Source of the DNA: Guillardia theta CCMP2712
Taxonomy: Eukaryota; Protista; Cryptophyta
Assembly: GCF_000315625.1 (NCBI RefSeq)
Contig: NW_005434594.1
Coordinates: forward strand, 56,482-120,481
Length of the DNA: 64,000 nucleotides
Reading direction: 5' to 3'
This document shows, one piece after another, positions 58,456-64,000 of the stretch. How positions within the stretch are numbered: the stretch's first letter is position 1; the number at the start of each line of letters is the position of its first letter. The notes beneath the pieces were generated by a model. It was not told the origin of the DNA. It did no database searches and saw only the letters and a program-made list of their open reading frames with translations. Both the position numbers and the translations under genes were made by a program.

Positions 58456-59950
58456 ATGGATGCGCACTGCGGCATAGCCCAGACTTCCTTCCTCTTCCTG
58501 TTGCTGTCAGTGTTCCCTTCATGCGTGCCGCAGCAAGTTTACAAGACCTGCTTGAAGCAGTCTGATTGTACCGACCCCTCATTTCCTATTTGCAAGATCT
58601 TTTGGAGCAATGCAGGAGTCAGCAGCATCCAAAACTCTTTGCAGCAGTACGACGCCAAAGGAGTTGTGTCCAGTGCACTTGCGACTGCGAATGCCCGGTA
58701 GGACAATATTGCTCAGCTGAATTTAGCCTGCCGACGTTCTCGACAAGTTTTTTGAGCACCAGCGACGCTTATAACGTGCAGCTGCTAAGCCAGGCATACG
58801 AAGGCCTTAAGATTCGCAGCATCTGCAAACCGATTGACACTTCCACAAGGGGCACTTGCTCTGCTCTGTCATACCTCCAAAGCGATCACATCACCTCCGT
58901 TGCTCAAGGAGGCCCGTCAGGACGGTAACACGATGCAAAATTACCTCAGTGTGTTGAAACGTCTAATTAATTCTTGTTTGGTTTCACACCAGCAACGCCA
59001 TCGTTCTTGACTCGCATGGATACCTCTCAAGATCAGAATCGAACAGGTTCTGCGGAGCGGTCAGTAGCTATGCCGGACAATACCTGGGCTGCGTGGGGGA
59101 TCTTTGCAACTCGATCAACTCTCTTACGAATCCTCTGCAAGGAACTGCAGCCGTCTGCAGGAAAGTGAGAAGATCAAGATGAAGTAAACGGCCAACAACT
59201 GATTAAGTTGCAGATCATCAACTCTACACGATTTACAGCATTCATGCCGTCGAACAGTTTGTGTGCCACTTCTATAACTGGGTTGACTTCAAATGGGTGT
59301 GTACTCTTTCGCATGCCCCTCTGAGACAGCAGTGGTGACCGTCATGGCATCAGATTCAGTTTCACAAGTGAAGCGTACGATTGGACGGGCTCATGCCAGT
59401 ACGGGAAATGCCAACAGTATTCATCAGCAGCCATGTGCTGATGGGAAATGCAGTCTGACATGAAGATGCAGGTGCTCACAGTTGGATCAACAGTGCGGAG
59501 CCGTTGGGTACTCTTCATGTGGAAGCAACGGTGTAGCACAGATTTGCATGAACGGAAAGGTGAGATGAAAACTTTGACACGATGTAGTAGCAACTGGTCT
59601 GACTTGAATGCATACCTTCCCTTCCCTGTTGCAGTGGGTCAAATTTGTTCCTTCAACAGGCTACGACTGGAGTTACGCCAACATCCACAACAACGTGTAC
59701 TCCCAGACGCTGGTGATGTGTGCTCCTTGCGGGAGAACGACGTTGCTGACTGTCTGCGATGGTCCTCAGATCTCGATAAGCTGCTTCTGCGCTCTTTCCT
59801 TCATCTTCATGTGTCTCAAGTCAGGAGTGCGAATGGTCAGGCCATCTGGCAAGGTGTCCAGCAACGTAGAGAGCTTGCAGGAGGCTTGGAATCTTTCTAC
59901 TTGATTCATACAAACATGTATACTCATACGGGATCGAGATGCAGTCCTGT
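58456..59950 (+). CDS. Secreted cysteine-rich protein, multi-exon, with an apparent frameshift near 58660
   Basis: Signal-like FLFLLLSVFPSCVP; CLKQSDCTDPSFPIC; CVQCTCDCECPVGQYC; further Cys-rich exons and a hydrophobic C-terminal segment (ISCFCALSFIFMCL). Confidence 0.55.
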
Positions 59951-60857
59951 TTGAGGTGGGCGAGTTTGATCTACCTGATACCCTGATACTTTATTGTTTG
60001 AATGATCACTTCATTGCGTTATGCTTCCCCCGTTCCCCTCTCCTCGACCTCTGCAAGGTGCCGTTGTGCTATCTGCCATCTCCCTATCGAATACTACTTC
60101 CAAGGAGAAAGTCAAGGTCGTTGGTCCATCCTCTAATCCTCGCTATATTCTTGCAGCAGCTTTCTTTCCTCTCTTCCCTCTCCCCTCCTCTCTTCCCTCG
60201 TCCCTCTCCCCCATCTCCTCCCCCCTTCCATCTTCCTTTCCTCCTCACTCGTCCCCTCTTCTCTTCTCCTCCTCACTCGTCCCCTCTTCTCTTCTCCTCC
60301 TCACTCGTCCCCTCTTCTCTTCTCCTCCTCACTCGTCCACTCTTCTCTTCTCCTTCTCACTCGTCCAGTCTTCTTTCACCCCCTCCCCCTTTCCACCGAT
60401 TGCCATCCGTCCGCTGATTCGTCCGTTCCAGCGTCCGTTCCAGGCGGGCAGGGGGGGAGGGGGGAAGAGGGCCACTGCGAGATAAAGTGAGATTGTGAAG
60501 GAGCCGGGAAGGGGAAGGGAGGAGTGGGGACGGGGCGGGAGGAGGAGGAGACGAGAGGAGACGAGACAGAGAGGGGAGGGGAGAGGGGGGAAGGGGACAG
60601 GGAGCAAGAGAGGGAGGGAGGAAGTGGGGGGAGGGGAGGAAGGAGAGGAGAGACAGAGGGGAGAGAGAGAAGAAAGGAAGAAGAGGGATGGAGGCGAAGG
60701 CGAGAGGAGGGAGTGAGGGGTGGAGGGAGTCAGACGAGACTTGAAAGGGGAAAACTCTGCGCCTGCTGATCTAACGTCCTCACTGCTCCATTCGCAGATG
60801 TGCATGGAAGGTGGGGAGAGGGAGGAGTAGGGAGGAGAAGATCGAGCAGCCAAGAGC

Positions 60858-62466
60858 ATGAACGAGGCCGGTGAAGTGGTGGAGAGGCAGAACCAGGTCC
60901 ATCACAACGTCGTCAATAAGGTTCTGCATGCATGCCTGGGGCTCTAGGCTCACGGCTGGACGGTGTAGGTGTTTGGTTACCTGGGGGTCTGCCATTTTGA
61001 GCATGCGGCGAAACTTTGCGGTGGCCCTTCCTTTTCACTTCCTCCCTTCTCTCCCGTCCCTCCCCCGTCCTTGCGCCGTTCTCTTCCTCCCTCCATCCAT
61101 CCCTCCCTCCCTCCCTCCCTCCCTCCATCCATCCATCCATCCATCCATCCATCCATCACTTCTTCCCTCCCCACTCCCTCCCTCCCCACTCCCTCCCTCC
61201 CACTTTCTCCTCATCTTCCCACTGAAATTTGCTCTAGAGATGAAGAAGCACGTGATCAACTCTGCCTTCTCGTTCCTGCATTGGCGGGGAGGGAGAAACG
61301 AGACCTTCTGCGATACAATCGTGAGAGTGATAGGAGCAGAGCGGGATCTCGTGCGGATTGTGGAGCTGAATGGACAGCAACGACAGGATCTGTTCCTGAC
61401 ATTTCAAGGTTTGGATGCCATCTCATATCATATCATCCCACCCCATCCCATCCCATTTCATCTCATCTTATTCCATCCTGTTTCATCCCATCCCATCCCA
61501 TCCCATCCCATCCCATCTCATCCCATCTCATGTCATCCCATCTCATCTCATCTTATCTTATCTCATCTCATCTCATTGCCTGTTTCTTTTTGCATGTTCC
61601 TTTAATCCATCTTTCCCCATCATTTCTCTCTTCTCGTCGAAGACACTCATTCTTTCCTCAGGAACCGCTCAAGATATTTCTTCCGCCCTCAACAAAGTTG
61701 GATCCACCAAGAGCAAGATGGGAGCAAACTCTGCCAACACCATCTTGAACGCTTTCATAGGAGATGTTGTCAAGATCCTCAGATCGCGATCAGAACTGAT
61801 CCGCGTGTTGCGGATGCTCAGCGAGGAGGATGGGATGCGGGACTTGCAGGTAACGGAACTTGGGGGGTGGCAGGAGGGAGCTGAACGACGCCGCTGGCAG
61901 AGCTTGATCGATCTGCTGATTGGAGCAGAAGCGTACGGGTGGGCGAGCGAGAGTTTTTCCTCTTCAGATCCACTGATTGTGAATCCGTACAAGGAGAGGG
62001 CTGAGCATGAGGTGAGGGAAAACTCGAGGATGGTGTTGAAGTCTCAGATGTGAGGAGATGGTGCGATGGAGAGGAGGAGGTGGAGGAGGAGGGACATTGT
62101 GGGAGGTCAACGGAGTAGCAGTAAGAGGGTGAGAAGGTAAGAGGAAACGAGCTTGAAGGTCGGGTGAGGGGGGAGGGAGATGGTTGGAAGAGAGGGGAGG
62201 AGAGAAGGGGATGAGAAGAATACTTAGAAACTTTGTCTGACTTTGAGCTGCAGAACAGCATTCTCATCAAGCTCTTGCAAGGGTACAACTACGTTATGAA
62301 CTACGATCTTCTCGGGAGCACCAAGACACTCTATCAGGCAAATGCGCTCCTGATGCAGGTCAAGGAGATTGTTCAATATCGAAATGTCAGCGGGCAGGCT
62401 GGAGGGCGGAGGATGATCTCGGAGTGGTGGACACAGATGGATGGGTAAGCGATGATGAGAAGGAGA

Positions 62467-62510
<44 letters not shown>

Positions 62511-63480
62511 CAGGTGGAGGTGGTTAAGGAGGAGGAATAGCAGCGGAGAGAAGAGGTTTTGATCAATTCTTTGACGCTTGTTGCAGGTATTGGGGAGGAA
62601 ACACCACCAGAGCCCTCCAGCAGTTCTTGAACTCCGTGCGAACTGAGAACGGACAGGACGACTGGGACGCTCTCTCTGTCGACTCAAACTTCGGGCCAAA
62701 AACCATTTCAGCGTTGCAGAAGTTTCTCGTTAGGGAGAGGCAACGGCTAACGGCCTGTAACGACGACGTTTCTTACCGAGGGAACACGCCCAAGTCCCTC
62801 AATGTCAAGCATTCGGTTGTCATCGTCGGGTCAAACAAGAATCCCCAGCAGCTGCTGAGCTTGTGGCCGGAGATCGCGGTCGACGGGCTCTGGAGCAAAC
62901 CGACTAAAACTGCGCTGCAGGCCTTCCTGAAATCCAAGGTGATTGAGGAAGGGGGGGAGGAGGGAGAGGAGGGGGATAAGAGATGGGGAAGAGGAGAGGA
63001 AAGGGAGGAAGGAAGGAGAGAAGGAGCGTGCGAGGATGGGCGAGGTGGAGGAGTCTGTACTTGGATTGATCCATGTTCATTTGGGAGGTAGAGGAGTGAT
63101 GAGGAGGANNNNNNNNNNNNNNNNNNNNNNNNNNNNNNNNNNNNNNNNNNNNNNNNNNNNNNNNNNNNNNNNNNNNNNNNNNNNNNNNNNNNNNNNNNNN
63201 NNNNNNNNCAATAAAAAGCATCTCGATAATCAGGGGTAGATCTCTATGAGGTTGGTTTTGATTCAACTTAATGCCACTTGTTGTAGGTGGAGGAGGAGGA
63301 GGAGGAGGAGGAAGGGGTGGGGGGGATGGGGGGGGGAGGTCGAGAGATGAGAGATGGAGAGGAGGAAGGGGCTGACTTTTTCAGGTGGGGACGATGGTGA
63401 ACTTCAACGTGGACGGGAGGTTTCACCAGAGATCGTCGCAGGTTTCATCGTCCTCGTACTTCATTCCTCTCTCACATTAG
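60858..63480 (+). CDS. KICS2/C12orf66-like helical region joined in frame to 3-4 peptidoglycan-binding (PGBD)-like motifs; spans a gap
   Basis: VFGYLGVCHFEHAAK, IVRVIGAERDL, ILRSRSELIRVLRML, PYKERAEHE|NSILIKLLQGYNYVMNYDLLGSTKTLYQANALL follow the order of KICS2 blocks as recalled. Then MDG|YWGGNTTRALQQFLN, VDSNFGPKTISALQKFL, VDGLWSKPTKTALQAFL, VDGRFSPEIV. Confidence 0.6.
61420..61576. repeat. (CATCC/CATCT)n pentanucleotide microsatellite, intronic
   Basis: Directly visible. Confidence 0.95.
63109..63208. other. Assembly gap (100 N)
   Basis: Run of N. Confidence 1.
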
Positions 63481-63894
63481 AACTATCAAGGCGCTCCAGA
63501 TCTTTCTGGCACAGGAGGGATGGTACAGGTTGGATACTATCGCTCCCTCCCCCTTTTCCCCGCTCCCTCCCTTCCTCCCTCCCCTCCCTCCCTCCCTCCC
63601 TCCCTCCCTTTCTCTCTCTTCCCCTCCCTTCCTCCTTCTCCCTTCTTCCTGCTCGTCTCTTCCTCTCCTCTTCTCACTCAGTTTCTCACAGGCCGGCATT
63701 GCACAATCTCACCAACGCGCATCAGGAAAGCTGACAGTCTGTTGCCTTGCAATGTGTGTGAAACCGCTCTCAGAGTCGCGTCACCCTCCATGTTTTCCAG
63801 CTGCACAAATGGCTCTGCGCATTTCAGGTCCAACACAACTTGAACACGAGATGAAGTCGATTTGTTTCCCTTTTGCTCGCCTATGTACTTGTTC

Positions 63895-64000
63895 TCATAC
63901 TTATTTTTGTCCTTATCTTTGTCCATATGTTTAACCTTACCTTTGCCCTTGATTTTGTCCTTATGTTTAACCTTACCATTTCCCTTATTTTTGTCCTTAT
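63895..64000. repeat. ~36-bp degenerate tandem repeat running off the window end
   Basis: gtttaaccttacc recurs at 63929 and 63965; ttttgtccttat recurs three times. Confidence 0.75.

Noticed and set aside
1-64000. tRNA, rRNA or snRNA genes
   Set aside because: None recognised by eye; tRNAscan-SE/Infernal would be needed to exclude them.

Overview
A gene-dense, intron-rich eukaryotic nuclear segment with four N gaps, many short GT-AG introns and microsatellite-filled longer introns. Composition, intron style, a bipartite plastid-targeting signal and a lineage-typical HTH protein suggest a cryptophyte alga (Guillardia/Hanusia-like); this is inference. About 20 genes can be assembled by hand across introns: an LRR/coiled-coil protein, a NEK-like kinase, a UVR-repeat/KOBITO1-like glycosyltransferase, an MFS transporter, three adjacent DNA-binding regulators (HTH, Myb+HA, bHLH-PAS), a hotdog thioesterase, an LCIB/theta-CA-like protein, a decayed PIF/Harbinger transposon, ISN1, an LLPH-like protein, an alliinase/TAR-like aminotransferase, a ubiquitin-like protein, a Cys-rich secreted protein and a KICS2-like/PGBD-like gene. 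The standout is the minus-strand gene at 53853-57322. It splices in frame into a single-pass receptor with a signal peptide, an extracellular Venus-flytrap (ANF_receptor-like) domain, one TM helix, an unassigned cytoplasmic domain and a C-terminal RelA/SpoT-like nucleotidyltransferase domain, making it a candidate ligand-gated 'receptor alarmone synthetase'. Intergenic islands share a 48-bp element and a recurrent 12-mer. All family calls come from motifs recognised by eye and from memory, not from database searches. Outer gene coordinates are approximate unless stated.
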